Shown piece by piece: positions 1 through 8,566 of a stretch of 64,000 bases of DNA. Under the pieces are notes generated by a model, which worked only from the letters and a program-made list of their open reading frames with translations, was not told the DNA's origin and did not search any database. The stretch is taken from contig CAYLXK010000024.1 in assembly GCA_964387685.1 (NCBI GenBank), positions 7,149 to 71,148 of the forward strand, written 5' to 3'. The position numbers were made by a program, and so were the translations under genes. Source of the DNA: an uncultured Bryobacter sp. Lineage in GTDB: Bacteria; Acidobacteriota; Terriglobia; Bryobacterales; Bryobacteraceae. Every line of letters starts with the position of its first letter. The stretch's first letter is position 1.

Positions 1-34
1 TTGGAACCGAACGTGCAGCATCGCCGTCGAGGAG

Positions 35-1435
35 ATGTCGGCGATGATGAAGACGATAATCAAGACGATGAGACTTTCTGTAACGTTGCTGCTTCTGGCG
101 GCGAGCATGGCAGCGCAAGTCCCCCCCGCCAAAAAGCGTAGCGTCCCTCGGCCCACGCCCGTCCAGGTGGCCGAAGTGCCCGTTTCCCGTGGGCCTTTCC
201 CGCTTCGTTCCATTCAAGTGGATGGGCTTAAGGTCTTGAGTCCCGCGCAGGTGATTGCCGCCACCGGTCTGCCCGTCGGCACGCCCGTCACGAATCAAGA
301 ACTGGATGCGGCGTTGCAGAAATTGCTCACCTGTGGCTACTTCGATCGCGCGGCCTACCGTTACGCCCCTTCCGACGGGGGCTATGCGCTCACCTGGGAA
401 GTGCAGGAGGTGAGCGTGTTTTACCCCGTCGTCTTTGCCGACCTTCCCGTCAAAGAATCCGAAGCGCGCAAGATCCTGGCGGCCTTCGATCCTTTGTTCG
501 GGCCCAAAATCCCCGGTACCGAAGAAGTGTTGCGCAAATACGCCGCGGAGCTGAATCGCGCGCTGAACCTGCGCATCGAGACGGAGGAATTGCACGCCAA
601 GGTGGCCGCGAATGACAAGAACGAACTGTTTGTCGAGGTCCGCGCCAACCGGCCGCTACCGACCGTCTACAAGGTGGATTTCAAGGGCAACAAGCTGCTG
701 TCGGCGGAAGAACTACGGGCCGCCGCCTCGGCTTCTGCCGTAGGCCTGGTCTACGACGAGGCGCGTTTCCGGCAGGTGCTGGATCTGCGCATCATCCCCA
801 TCTTCGAAGCCCGGGGACGCTTGCGTGTGAAGTTCCCCTCGATCACGGTCACGCCTTCGCCGGGATTGAACGCCGTCGATGCCGTGGTCACCGTGGAGGA
901 AGGCGAGGAATACAAACTTCGCAATGTTGTGGTGGAAGGCGTGGGCGACAGCGCCGACGAGATGAAGCGGGCGGGGGAATTCCTGCAGGATCAGACCGCC
1001 AACATGACGCTGGTGGCTGAGGGCGGCCGGAAGATCCAGGCGGCGGTGCGGCGCAACGGGTTTCTCGATACGAAGATCAGCGAGTCCCGGACCATCGACG
1101 ACAAAGACAAAGTGGTGGACGTGAAATTTACGGTCGAGCCGGGGGAGCGCTACAAGTTCGACAAGCTGGAAATCAAGGGCCTGGATATCTTGTCCGAACC
1201 GGAGATACGAAAGATGTGGGGCATGAAGACGGGGGCGCCGTTTAACCCCGAATACCCCGACGCGTTTCTCGACAAGGTGCGCGCGGACGGCGTCTTCGAT
1301 AACTTGGGTGAAACCAAGAGCCGCTATGACATCAACGAGGCCGAACACAGCGTGATCGTGACCCTGACCTTCAAAGGCGCGCCGCCTCCGGATCCGAAGA
1401 AAGCAAGGCAGCCCGGGGGCATCCCCCCTTTCTAG
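35..1435 (+). CDS. Secreted POTRA-repeat protein (BamA/surface-antigen N-terminal-like) without an obvious beta-barrel
   Basis: 466-aa ORF. Signal-like N-terminus MKTIIKTMRLSVTLLLLAASMAAQ. Repeated POTRA-like modules (IQVDGLKVLSPAQVIAATGL..., FDKLEIKGLDILSEPEIRKMWGMKTGAPF). Too short for a C-terminal 16-strand barrel. Confidence 0.6.
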   Translation: MSAMMKTIIKTMRLSVTLLLLAASMAAQVPPAKKRSVPRPTPVQVAEVPVSRGPFPLRSIQVDGLKVLSPAQVIAATGLPVGTPVTNQELDAALQKLLTCGYFDRAAYRYAPSDGGYALTWEVQEVSVFYPVVFADLPVKESEARKILAAFDPLFGPKIPGTEEVLRKYAAELNRALNLRIETEELHAKVAANDKNELFVEVRANRPLPTVYKVDFKGNKLLSAEELRAAASASAVGLVYDEARFRQVLDLRIIPIFEARGRLRVKFPSITVTPSPGLNAVDAVVTVEEGEEYKLRNVVVEGVGDSADEMKRAGEFLQDQTANMTLVAEGGRKIQAAVRRNGFLDTKISESRTIDDKDKVVDVKFTVEPGERYKFDKLEIKGLDILSEPEIRKMWGMKTGAPFNPEYPDAFLDKVRADGVFDNLGETKSRYDINEAEHSVIVTLTFKGAPPPDPKKARQPGGIPPF

Positions 1436-1474
1436 CTCCACCGAATTGCAGTGAGACAATATGGCGAATCCCGT

Positions 1475-2728
1475 ATGACTCGCCGAACTTTACTCGCCTT
1501 GACGCCCGGCTTCCTCGCCGCGGCCAATGAACGCATCAACGTCGGCTTTATCGGCGTGGGCGGCATGGGTATGAACCGTCTGCGCGGCTTTCTGCGGCAT
1601 GCCGACGTAAACGCGGCGGCCATCTGCGACCTCGATGCGACGCACGTAGACCAGGCAGTCGCCTACGTGCAAAAGGAACGCAACGAAACTCCCGAACGCT
1701 TTACCGACTACCGGAAGCTTCTCGCGCGCAAGGGTCTGGACGCCGTCTGCATTGCCACGCCGGACCACTGGCACGCACTTCCCGCGATGCAGGCCTGTGA
1801 GGCCGGTCTGGACGTCTTTGTGGAAAAGCCGCTCAGCTACTCGATTGGCGAAGGCCGGGCGATGCTGCGGGCCGCGCGCAAAGCCAAGCGCGTAACGCAG
1901 ATGGGCAATCACATCCACAACGATCTGCCCAACTACCGGCGCGTGGTGGAGCTGCTGCGCAGCGGCGTCATCGGCAAAGTGACGCGCGTCTCCGTCTGGA
2001 AGACTTCCGAGAACAAAGGCATCGGCGCGCCGGCCGACACCGCCCCGCCGAAAGAACTCGATTACGACTTCTGGCTGGGCCCCGCGCCGAAGCGCCCGTA
2101 CAATCCCAACCGCTCCCATTTCAAATACCGCTACTTCTGGGATTATTCGGGCGGGATGTTCATCGACTTCTGGTGCCACATCACCGACGTAGTCTACTGG
2201 GGCCTGGACCTGCAAGCGCCCAAGTTTGTCTCGGCCACTGGACGTCGCGCGCTCGAGAATTTGGCCGAGGGGGACAATGCGGAAACGCCCAACCATCTGG
2301 AAGTCCAGTATGAGTTTCCCGGTCTGACCATGGTCTGGAGCATGAATCCGCAAGGTCCGCCGGGGATGGAGGATTGGGGCATCGGCGCGGCCTTCCAGGG
2401 CTCCGAAGGCACGCTGGTGACCGATTACACGCGGCATAAGATCTTCGTGAAGGGCAAAGAAGTAGTGGACTTCAAGCGCCCGGACCCAAGCATCCCCGAT
2501 AGCCCCGGCCACATTCGCGAGTTCCTCAACAGCATCAAGAGCCGCGAGTTGCCCACCTGCGACATCGAATACGGGCATCGGCTGAACAAAGGGGGGCTCT
2601 TGGGCAATATCGCGCTGCGCACGGGACGCAGGATCGCTTGGGACGACGCCTTCGAGCGCATTGTGAACGATAAAGAGGCCGACCGCATGGTGACCCGCCG
2701 CTACCGGAAGCCCTGGAAGCTGGCCTAG
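1475..2728 (+). CDS. Gfo/Idh/MocA family oxidoreductase with Tat-type signal
   Basis: MTRRTLLALTPGFLAAA twin-arginine N-terminus. Rossmann motif INVGFIGVGGMG. EKPL motif (VFVEKPLSY). The ORF opens at 1451 (GTG); ATG 1475 is chosen so the Tat motif is N-terminal. Confidence 0.85.
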   Translation: MTRRTLLALTPGFLAAANERINVGFIGVGGMGMNRLRGFLRHADVNAAAICDLDATHVDQAVAYVQKERNETPERFTDYRKLLARKGLDAVCIATPDHWHALPAMQACEAGLDVFVEKPLSYSIGEGRAMLRAARKAKRVTQMGNHIHNDLPNYRRVVELLRSGVIGKVTRVSVWKTSENKGIGAPADTAPPKELDYDFWLGPAPKRPYNPNRSHFKYRYFWDYSGGMFIDFWCHITDVVYWGLDLQAPKFVSATGRRALENLAEGDNAETPNHLEVQYEFPGLTMVWSMNPQGPPGMEDWGIGAAFQGSEGTLVTDYTRHKIFVKGKEVVDFKRPDPSIPDSPGHIREFLNSIKSRELPTCDIEYGHRLNKGGLLGNIALRTGRRIAWDDAFERIVNDKEADRMVTRRYRKPWKLA

Positions 2729-2741
2729 AAGATGGCATAGG

Positions 2742-3581
2742 ATGGCGGCTATGACAAGACGAAGCATGCTGGCGGCCTCGGGAGTAGCGGCAATGGCGCA
2801 AACGAAGATCCGATTGATCGTCCAGGGCGACGACATGGGCGTCGCGCGGGCAGTGAACCAAGGCAGCATCGCGGCTTACCGCGAGGGCGTGATGCGCACG
2901 ACGAACGTGATCGTGCCGGGAGCCTGGTTTCTGGACGCCGTGCGGGAATTGAACGAGAACCCTGGCCTCGACGTGGGCGTGCACTTGGCCTTGAGTTCCG
3001 AATGGGACCGCGTAAAGTGGGGACCTCTCACCAAAGCCAAAAGCCTGGTGGACCCGAATGGCTATTTTCCGCCCCTGATTCGAGGCGCGGCGGGCGGGCC
3101 CAGGCTGGCCTTGAACCAGATGCCTTTCGCGCTGGCCGATGTCGAGGCAGAGTTCCGCGCGCAGATCGAACTGGCCCGGAAGCATCTGCCGCGCGTCAGC
3201 TATCTCTGGGGGCACATGGGCTGTACCAGCGTCACGCCCGAGGTCGCGACGCTCACGGCCAAACTTTCCCAGGAATACAAGCTAAAAGTGCCGGGGCCGG
3301 CGAATGGCGTCGAGTCCCTGCGCGGCGTCTGGAAGCGGGAAATGAACGCCGACCAGCGTGCCGCCGCCATGGTAGAAAAGCTGGAGAGCTTGAAGAGCGG
3401 CACTTGGCTCTTCGTGGAGCACGCCTCGCTCGACACGGAAGAATCCCGTGCCATGGGGCATCCGGGCTATGAAGACGTGGCGCGGGACCGGCAAGCGGTG
3501 CTGGATGCCTGGCGGCACCCAAAAGTGCGCGACGCGGTAGCCCGTTTAGGCATCGAACTGTCTGGACATTCCAAACTATGA
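2742..3581 (+). CDS. ChbG/YdjC-family carbohydrate deacetylase-like protein
   Basis: 279 aa. LIVQGDDMGVARAVNQGSIAAYREGVMRTTNVIVPG resembles the YdjC-like N-terminal metal site. Signal-like MAAMTRRSMLAASGVAAMAQ. Confidence 0.65.
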   Translation: MAAMTRRSMLAASGVAAMAQTKIRLIVQGDDMGVARAVNQGSIAAYREGVMRTTNVIVPGAWFLDAVRELNENPGLDVGVHLALSSEWDRVKWGPLTKAKSLVDPNGYFPPLIRGAAGGPRLALNQMPFALADVEAEFRAQIELARKHLPRVSYLWGHMGCTSVTPEVATLTAKLSQEYKLKVPGPANGVESLRGVWKREMNADQRAAAMVEKLESLKSGTWLFVEHASLDTEESRAMGHPGYEDVARDRQAVLDAWRHPKVRDAVARLGIELSGHSKL

Positions 3582-3961
3582 ATCTAAACTCCCCGAAAGC
3601 CGTAAACACGATTTATTGGGGCACGACGGGCTTGTTTTCGGCCTTTATGCTCTTCAGCGCCTACATGTACTTCACGATGCCGGAGGCGCGGGAAGGCTTT
3701 ACGAAGCTCGGTTTTCCGCAGTGGTTCCGGGTCGAACTGGGTACGGCCAAGGCTTTGGGCGCAATCGCTTTGCTAGCCCCATTGCCGCGTTGGCTGAAGG
3801 AATGGGCCTACGCTGGCTTCTTCATCAACATCGTCTCGGCCATGATTGCCCACGCCGTTAGCGACGGACCGGCCACCGCGGGCGGACCCGCGCCGTTTCT
3901 CCTGGTTCTGCTTTTGTCAAGAGTGTATTGGGGAAAGCGGCATGCTAATTTACAGAGGTAG
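3578..3961 (+). CDS. DoxX-like small integral membrane protein
   Basis: 127 aa with about 4 hydrophobic helices. ATGA start/stop overlap with the upstream gene. Confidence 0.55.
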   Translation: MNLNSPKAVNTIYWGTTGLFSAFMLFSAYMYFTMPEAREGFTKLGFPQWFRVELGTAKALGAIALLAPLPRWLKEWAYAGFFINIVSAMIAHAVSDGPATAGGPAPFLLVLLLSRVYWGKRHANLQR

Positions 3962-4743
3962 TGTCCTCGTTTAATATTCAACTACAGCAGTACGAGGGCC
4001 CCCTGGACCTCCTGCTGGATCTGATCCGCAAGCAGCAGATCAACATCTACGACATTCCCATCGCTCAAATCACGTCGCAGTACCTGGAATATATGAAACA
4101 GGCTGTGGCGATGGACATTGAGTTGAGCTCGGAATTCGTGTACATGTCGGCGACCTTGATCCACATCAAGAGCCGCTTGCTGTTGCCGCGCGATCCGGAA
4201 CTGGAAAAAATCTCGCCCGAGGAAGATCCCCGCAAAGAATTAGTGGACCGTCTGCTTGAGCATGAGCGCTTTAAGAATGCGGCGCAAATGCTCGAGCAAA
4301 AGCGGATGATCGAGGAAGCGATCTGGACCAATCCGCAGGTGGAAAAGCTGCTGGGGCCGGACCCCGACCCCGGCCTGGCTGTGACGCTTTTTGACCTGGT
4401 TAAGACCCTCGAAAGCGTGCTGGAGCGGGCCAAGAACCGTCCGGTTTACGAAGTGACCGGCGAAGAGGTGAGCGTTCCGGATATGATCGAGCAATTGCGC
4501 GCGGCGTTCCGGGATTCCCCGGCGGGCCGGAAAATCAGCGCGCGCGATCTTTTTGAAATGCAGCGTAGCCGGCGGGCGATGATCTGCCTATTCCTGGCTA
4601 TTTTGGAAATGGTAAAGCGGCAGGCCTTGGGCTTGGCGCAGGACGAACTTTTTGGCGAGATTATGCTGGAACGCCAAGCGCAGTTTGACGCGGCCTTCGA
4701 CCAGGACAGCGAGCTGGCCGCAGTGGAACAAGAATACAAGTAG
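3961..4743 (+). CDS. scpA: Segregation and condensation protein A
   Basis: GPLDLLLDLIRKQQINIYDIPIAQITSQYLEYM is the kleisin ScpA N-terminal signature. GTG start overlaps the upstream stop by 1 nt. Followed by scpB. Confidence 0.85.
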   Translation: MSSFNIQLQQYEGPLDLLLDLIRKQQINIYDIPIAQITSQYLEYMKQAVAMDIELSSEFVYMSATLIHIKSRLLLPRDPELEKISPEEDPRKELVDRLLEHERFKNAAQMLEQKRMIEEAIWTNPQVEKLLGPDPDPGLAVTLFDLVKTLESVLERAKNRPVYEVTGEEVSVPDMIEQLRAAFRDSPAGRKISARDLFEMQRSRRAMICLFLAILEMVKRQALGLAQDELFGEIMLERQAQFDAAFDQDSELAAVEQEYK

Positions 4744-4754
4744 ACGAAAAGCGA

Positions 4755-5510
4755 ATGGAAGAATTGAAGACGGAAGTGGAAGAGGTAGTAGACCAGACGG
4801 CGGAAGACAACGCGCTCGATGTAAGCGCTTTTGTCGAAGAAAAGACGGTTCTAAGCGAACGCGACCAGTTGAAGCCGGTCGTGGCGGCGATCCTCTACGT
4901 GACCAAGGAACCGATGCCGGCCGCGGCCATTGCGCAGGGCCTTGGCCGGGACGCGACCCTGATCGAAGAAGTGGTGGCCGCACTGATCGCGGAATATGAA
5001 GGACCACAGCATGGCTTCCAGATTCACACCAAGGCCGGCGGCTATTACTTTGGCACCAAGCCCGAGTTTGACGAGTCTTTGCGGCAGTTTTTCGAAAGCC
5101 AGAAGCAGCCGCTGAAGCTCAGCGCGGCGGCGCTGGAAACCCTCTGCATCATTGCCTACAAGCAGCCGGTGACGGCGCCGGAAATTGCCCAGATCCGCGG
5201 CACCCAGGGCGTGGGCAGCTTGAAGCCGCTGCTCGATCGCAAGTTGATCACCACGGCCGGCCGCAAGGAGGTCGTGGGCAAGCCCGTGCTCTACCGGACC
5301 TCGCCCGAGTTTCTCATTCAGTTTGGCCTCAAAGATCTGAAGGAATTGCCAACCCTCAAGGAATTCGAAGAGCTCCGGCGCCTGGCCATGGACGACGACA
5401 TGATTCCCCCTGCGGAGCCCATGCCGCCCCAGCAGGAGACGGCTGTGGCGGAAGAAGCGGCCGCCGCCGAAACTAAGTCCGAGCCGGTAGACAAAGCCGA
5501 GAGCGCCTAA
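4755..5510 (+). CDS. scpB: Segregation and condensation protein B
   Basis: LKPVVAAILYVTKEPMPAAAIAQGL and ETLCIIAYKQPVTAPEIAQIRG (two winged-helix repeats). Sits directly after scpA. Confidence 0.85.
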   Translation: MEELKTEVEEVVDQTAEDNALDVSAFVEEKTVLSERDQLKPVVAAILYVTKEPMPAAAIAQGLGRDATLIEEVVAALIAEYEGPQHGFQIHTKAGGYYFGTKPEFDESLRQFFESQKQPLKLSAAALETLCIIAYKQPVTAPEIAQIRGTQGVGSLKPLLDRKLITTAGRKEVVGKPVLYRTSPEFLIQFGLKDLKELPTLKEFEELRRLAMDDDMIPPAEPMPPQQETAVAEEAAAAETKSEPVDKAESA

Positions 5511-6256
5511 TGGCCGAAGAGCGGCTGCAAAAAATCATCGCGCAAGCTGGCCTCGCCAGCCGCCGTAAGGCCGAGCAGATGATTAGCGAAGGGCGCGTCA
5601 AGGTGAATGGCCAGGTCATCGTCGAGCTGGGCACGAAGGCGGACTTGGCCCGGGACCACATCAAGGTCGACAACAAGCTCATCCACGCGCCCCATCGCCT
5701 TTTGTATTTCGCGATGAACAAGCCGCGCGACGTCGTAACGACCATGAGCGACCCCGAAGGCCGCACCACCGTCGCCGAATACCTGCGCGGCATCAAGGAG
5801 CGCGTTTATCCCGTGGGCCGGCTGGACTATCACAGCGAGGGCCTCCTGCTCTTTACCAACGACGGCGAATTCGCGAACCGCATCCTGCTCAAACGCAGCA
5901 ACATCGTCAAAACCTACGTCGTCAAAACCAATGGCTCTTTGACGCTGGAACAAATGGCGGAATTCCGCACCGGCGTTCCCTTAAGCGGTAAGCGCACCAA
6001 GCCCGCCGGCCTGAAACAGTTGAGTAAAGCCAACAATCCCTGGTATGAGGTTCAGCTTACCGAAGGCCGGCAGAACCAGATCCGCATGATGTTCAAACAT
6101 TTTGGCTACCTGGTCGAAAAATTGAAGCGCGTGCGCATCGCCTTTCTGGAGCTCGGTCTACTGAAGCCCGGCGAGATCCGGCCCTTGAATGTCGCCGAGA
6201 TCGCCAAATTCAAACACATTCTCAAAATGGACCAGGAAGATGCCGCGGACAATTGA
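5510..6256 (+). CDS. rluB: RsuA/RluB-family 23S/16S rRNA pseudouridine synthase
   Basis: S4 domain RLQKIIAQAGLASRRKAEQMISEGRVKVNG. Catalytic VYPVGRLDYHSEGLLLFTNDGE. TAATG overlap with scpB, the classical scpAB-rluB arrangement. Confidence 0.85.
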   Translation: MAEERLQKIIAQAGLASRRKAEQMISEGRVKVNGQVIVELGTKADLARDHIKVDNKLIHAPHRLLYFAMNKPRDVVTTMSDPEGRTTVAEYLRGIKERVYPVGRLDYHSEGLLLFTNDGEFANRILLKRSNIVKTYVVKTNGSLTLEQMAEFRTGVPLSGKRTKPAGLKQLSKANNPWYEVQLTEGRQNQIRMMFKHFGYLVEKLKRVRIAFLELGLLKPGEIRPLNVAEIAKFKHILKMDQEDAADN

Positions 6257-6635
6257 ACAGATCTTACGCGAGGCGAAAACCATTGCTGTGGTGGGCCTCT
6301 CCAACGACTCCTCTAAGGCTAGCTACAACGTCGGCAAGACCCTGCAACGCATCGGCTACCGCGTTATTCCCGTAAATCCCAAGGAAAACGAAGTCCTCGG
6401 GCAGAAGGCTTACGCGCGTCTGGAAGACATCGCCGAACCCATCGACATTGTGAACGTATTCCGGCGACCGGAGCATACTCCGGAAGTAGCGCGCAGCGCC
6501 GTCTCCGTGGGTGCGAAGGCCTTGTGGCTCCAACTCGACATTGCTAACGAAGAGGCGAAACAGATCGCCGAGGCTGGCGGCCTGGACGTAGTGATGGACA
6601 CGTGCATTCTCGTCGAGCACAGTCGTCTGCTTTAG
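6240..6635 (+). CDS. CoA-binding domain protein (YccU-like)
   Basis: TIAVVGLSNDSSKASYNVGKTLQRIGYRVIPVNPK and VNVFRRPEH. Start set to internal ATG 6240 to avoid overlap with rluB. Confidence 0.8.
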   Translation: MPRTIEQILREAKTIAVVGLSNDSSKASYNVGKTLQRIGYRVIPVNPKENEVLGQKAYARLEDIAEPIDIVNVFRRPEHTPEVARSAVSVGAKALWLQLDIANEEAKQIAEAGGLDVVMDTCILVEHSRLL

Positions 6636-6792
6636 CGCAGCGCCGTTTTTTTCTTGCTGCGGTTAATTCCTCTCTTGCATTTCATACGGACTGCCTATAT
6701 TCTCTGTGTGACAGAAGAATGACTATCTCGTAAATAGTTCGTGAAACTGTCGGGCTTGGCGGATCATTCAAAAGGGCCCAGAGGAGCTTTCG

Positions 6793-7761
6793 ATGCGGCT
6801 TTTCATGCGACGCGCGGCTTTTCTATGGATTTTGGCGGTCTCCTCCTGGGCGGCCAGCCATACGGCCGAAGGCCGACGGCTGCAGTCCCTAGGCCGCTAC
6901 GTGGAAGCTCGGGAGGAATTCCTGGCCGCTTGGCGGGATGAAGAAAGCGCCGCTCCGGAAAGTGCCCGGGCCGCCACCACCCTGGACGATCTCGCCAGCG
7001 TTCACGAAGACCTGGGCCAGTTTACGCAAGCCGAAAGGTACTGCCGCAAGGCGCTTCTGATTCTCGAAAAATCCTTAGGTGCCGAGCACCCCAGCGTGGC
7101 TGCGGTCCTGGCGCATCTCGGCGGAATCTACATCCAAATGGGCCAAGGGTCCAAAGCCGAGCCACTCCTGCGGCGGGCCCTGGAAATTCGCTGGCAGCAT
7201 GGACATGCCAGCCCTTTGGAGCAGGCGGAGATTCTGAACGAGGGCGCCATTCTCGATGTGGTGCAGGGCAACAAGCTCGGGGCCGAGGCCTTGCTGCACC
7301 GGGCGCTGGCGCTGTTTGAGCAAGAGCTAGGCCCGGAGCACGAACGCGTTGCCTCCGCGCTCAGCAGCCTGGCTTGTCTCGCCCTCGATTCCGCCCGCGA
7401 TCGCGAAGCGGCCGCTTATGCCGAAAGGGCCTGGAAAATCCTCGGCAAAATTCCGCAGGCGCCGGCTCCGCCCATGGTTAAGTCGCTGACCGTGCTGGGG
7501 CTCGTTTATGCTCGCACCGAAAGAGTGCTCGAGGCCGAATGGCATATCAAACGGGCGCTGCAGATCGCGGAAACTTCACTAGGGCCGGAAAGCCTGATCA
7601 CCGCCGGCGTGCTGGGCGACTATGCCACGGTGCTGCGCAAGCTGAAGCGCAAGCGCGAGGCGGAGACTCTTGAGAAGCGCGCGGCGGAGATTCTCACCGT
7701 CAACGCCCATCGCCATGGCTTTGGCCTGACGGTGGACGCCAAAGCGCTGCGGCCGCGCTAG
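6793..7761 (+). CDS. Tetratricopeptide-repeat protein (TPR_10/12-like), signal peptide
   Basis: 322 aa with repeated A-x-x-Y-x-x-AL TPR helices (AERYCRKALLILEKSLGAEHPSVA, LLHRALALFEQELGPEHERVA). Confidence 0.7.
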   Translation: MRLFMRRAAFLWILAVSSWAASHTAEGRRLQSLGRYVEAREEFLAAWRDEESAAPESARAATTLDDLASVHEDLGQFTQAERYCRKALLILEKSLGAEHPSVAAVLAHLGGIYIQMGQGSKAEPLLRRALEIRWQHGHASPLEQAEILNEGAILDVVQGNKLGAEALLHRALALFEQELGPEHERVASALSSLACLALDSARDREAAAYAERAWKILGKIPQAPAPPMVKSLTVLGLVYARTERVLEAEWHIKRALQIAETSLGPESLITAGVLGDYATVLRKLKRKREAETLEKRAAEILTVNAHRHGFGLTVDAKALRPR

Positions 7762-7768
7762 CCACCCC

Positions 7769-8551
7769 TTAGCCTTCTTCGGCTACCTTCTCCAGCGCGC
7801 GGCGAAGCGTGTATTCGTACGCCGCCGTTCCCACAATGCCACCTAGAATCGGCGCCACGATCGGCACCCACCATACGTGCGAGCCGTCGCTCAACCCGTT
7901 GTTGCGAAAGCCCGCCACCACCGTAAACAAGCGGGGCCCGAAATCCCGCGCCGGGTTGATGGCATAACCGTGCAGTGCCCCGAAACTCATCCCGATTACC
8001 ACCACCACTCCACCCACCAGAAAGGGGCTCAGCCAATTCGGCGCCTGCAGGTTGTTTTCATCCCCGATGGCCATAACCAGAAAAAGCAGCAGCGCCGTGC
8101 CGATTACCTGGTCCACAAAGCCCGGCGCCGGGTAATCGGCGAAGTAGGGAAAAGTGGTGAAGACCCCAGCCGTTTTCTCCAGCGTCGGGTCCGTCTTCAG
8201 GATGACGGCCCGGTAATTCAAAAACACCAGCGCCGAACCGCAAAACGCTCCTAGCACCTGGGCGGCAATATAGGGACCCACCTTGGCCCACGGAAAGCCG
8301 CGGAAGACCGCCACCGAGATCGTGACGGCGGGGTTCAGGTGCGCTCCCGAAACCTTTCCCGCCACCACAATTCCTAGCGCCACCGAGAGCCCCCAGGCGA
8401 GCGTAATGTTCGTGAATCCCCCGTGGACGATTTCTCCCGCCGATCCCGTCCCAAATAGAGCCACCATGGCGACCACCCCTCCGCCCAACGTCAGAATGAT
8501 CAAGGTACCCAAAAATTCGGCGATCGCTTCGCGCCATACGGAAGGTGACAT
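7769..8551 (-). CDS. MIP-family channel (aquaporin / glycerol facilitator)
   Basis: Two NPA boxes (SGAHLNPAVT and YAINPARDFGPR) and six hydrophobic helices. Start trimmed to MSPSVWREAIAEFLGT (ATG at 8551). Confidence 0.9.
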   Translation of the reverse strand: MSPSVWREAIAEFLGTLIILTLGGGVVAMVALFGTGSAGEIVHGGFTNITLAWGLSVALGIVVAGKVSGAHLNPAVTISVAVFRGFPWAKVGPYIAAQVLGAFCGSALVFLNYRAVILKTDPTLEKTAGVFTTFPYFADYPAPGFVDQVIGTALLLFLVMAIGDENNLQAPNWLSPFLVGGVVVVIGMSFGALHGYAINPARDFGPRLFTVVAGFRNNGLSDGSHVWWVPIVAPILGGIVGTAAYEYTLRRALEKVAEEG

Positions 8552-8566
8552 AGGTTGAATTCTATA

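Noticed and set aside
1490-2869. Long antisense or overlapping ORFs throughout the window. Examples: 1490-2869(-), 19867-20682(+), 21884-22756(-), 37365-38549(-), 40050-41615(+), 42801-44276(+), 55484-56521(-), 60612-61661(-).
   Set aside because: They lie opposite or out of frame to genes with clear family signatures. Their translations are Arg/Pro/Gly/Ala-rich low-complexity sequence typical of shadow ORFs in high-GC DNA, and none shows a recognisable motif.
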